Shown: piece after piece, positions 63,796 to 64,000 of the stretch | Position numbering within the stretch: the stretch's first letter is position 1 | Layout of the letters: the number at the start of each line of letters is the position of its first letter | From: a virus | Length of the DNA stretch: 64,000 nt | Virus record (IMG/VR): IMGVR_UViG_3300045988_080781 | Reading direction: 5' to 3' (one strand) | Made by a program: the position numbers and the translations under genes | Notes under the pieces: generated by a model | The model's input: only the letters and a program-made list of their open reading frames with translations | Database searches by the model: none | Told to the model about the DNA's origin: nothing

Positions 63796-64000
63796 TTAAA
63801 TTGTAACAGTACCTCCAGGAGCAACAGATATAGTTTTATAATATGTAGCAGTATTACCAGATACTTTCCAAACTTTAAATGTTTGAGTACCATAAGAAGT
63901 AAATGGAGCTCCTAATCCAGTGTTACTTATATACAATGATGAAATTTTAAGAGGAGTTGTAGCAATAGGAAAAGTAATAATAGATGGATGTGGTAAAGAT
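63796..64000 (-). CDS. 3' end of a minus-strand gene that starts beyond the window (partial)
   Basis: Open frame from the window end down to a TAA stop on the minus strand at 63796-63798 (…TATYYKTISVAPGGTVTI*). Confidence 0.4.
   Translation of the reverse strand, partial: SLPHPSIITFPIATTPLKISSLYISNTGLGAPFTSYGTQTFKVWKVSGNTATYYKTISVAPGGTVTI

Noticed and set aside
26441-64000. Numerous plus-strand ORFs of 60-220 aa inside the giant minus-strand genes (for example 50395-51051, 52537-53067, 56032-56574) and minus-strand ORFs inside plus-strand genes (for example 3573-4235, 7861-8388, 21492-21887)
   Set aside because: All are antisense to long, motif-supported genes, and all have an I/F/N/S/K-rich composition without motifs. 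They are AT-rich antisense artefacts.

Overview
This window is an AT-rich phage genome segment (roughly 28-30% GC by eye) with two convergently transcribed gene blocks that meet at a bidirectional terminator near 26.4 kb. Features and findings follow.

**Plus-strand block, 1 to about 26.2 kb (replication and nucleotide metabolism)**
- Helicase and polymerase: an SF1 Dda/RecD-like helicase, then a family-B DNA polymerase whose N-terminal piece is cut off by a single in-frame TAA. The polymerase body is interrupted inside motif A by an intron-like insertion of about 1.05 kb that carries a GIY-YIG homing endonuclease.
- Recombination and DNA binding: a RecT-like annealing protein candidate and an SSB-like protein with an acidic DDFPF tail.
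- Replication enzymes: a DnaG/TOPRIM-like primase and an ATP-dependent ligase of the KxDG nucleotidyltransferase family.
- Nucleotide metabolism: a T4-gp1-like dNMP kinase and a trimeric-type dUTPase.
- Small proteins: redoxin-like and zinc-ribbon proteins.

**Minus-strand block, 26.4 to 64 kb (tightly packed operon of very large genes)**
- A 4537-aa ORF contains a DFDVD (DxDxD) motif. This is the metal-binding signature of multisubunit-type RNA polymerase double-psi beta-barrels.
- A 2139-aa ORF contains an HExxH motif.
- Further ORFs of 1576, 865 and 790 aa, two poly-His proteins and coiled-coil proteins.

**Host and phage type**
- Start codons lack Shine-Dalgarno sequences and sit in TTATTATG-like A/T contexts.
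- Two Bacteroides-type TTTG / TAnnTTTG promoter candidates are present.
- Together with the giant RNAP-like ORF, this fits a crAss-like (Crassvirales) phage of a Bacteroidota host. That placement is an inference, not a database result.

**Unexplained signals**
- The strongest is a GC-rich 11-12 nt motif, CCTCTACRGGG(G). I count 12 exact copies and at least 9 one-mismatch variants, on both strands, mostly inside coding sequences and in several reading frames. This is far more than base composition predicts.
- A cluster of five stem-loops shares a conserved loop (YGKTTYGTGARAAT) with covarying stems in an 860-bp non-coding region.

No tRNA, rRNA or CRISPR array was recognisable by eye.
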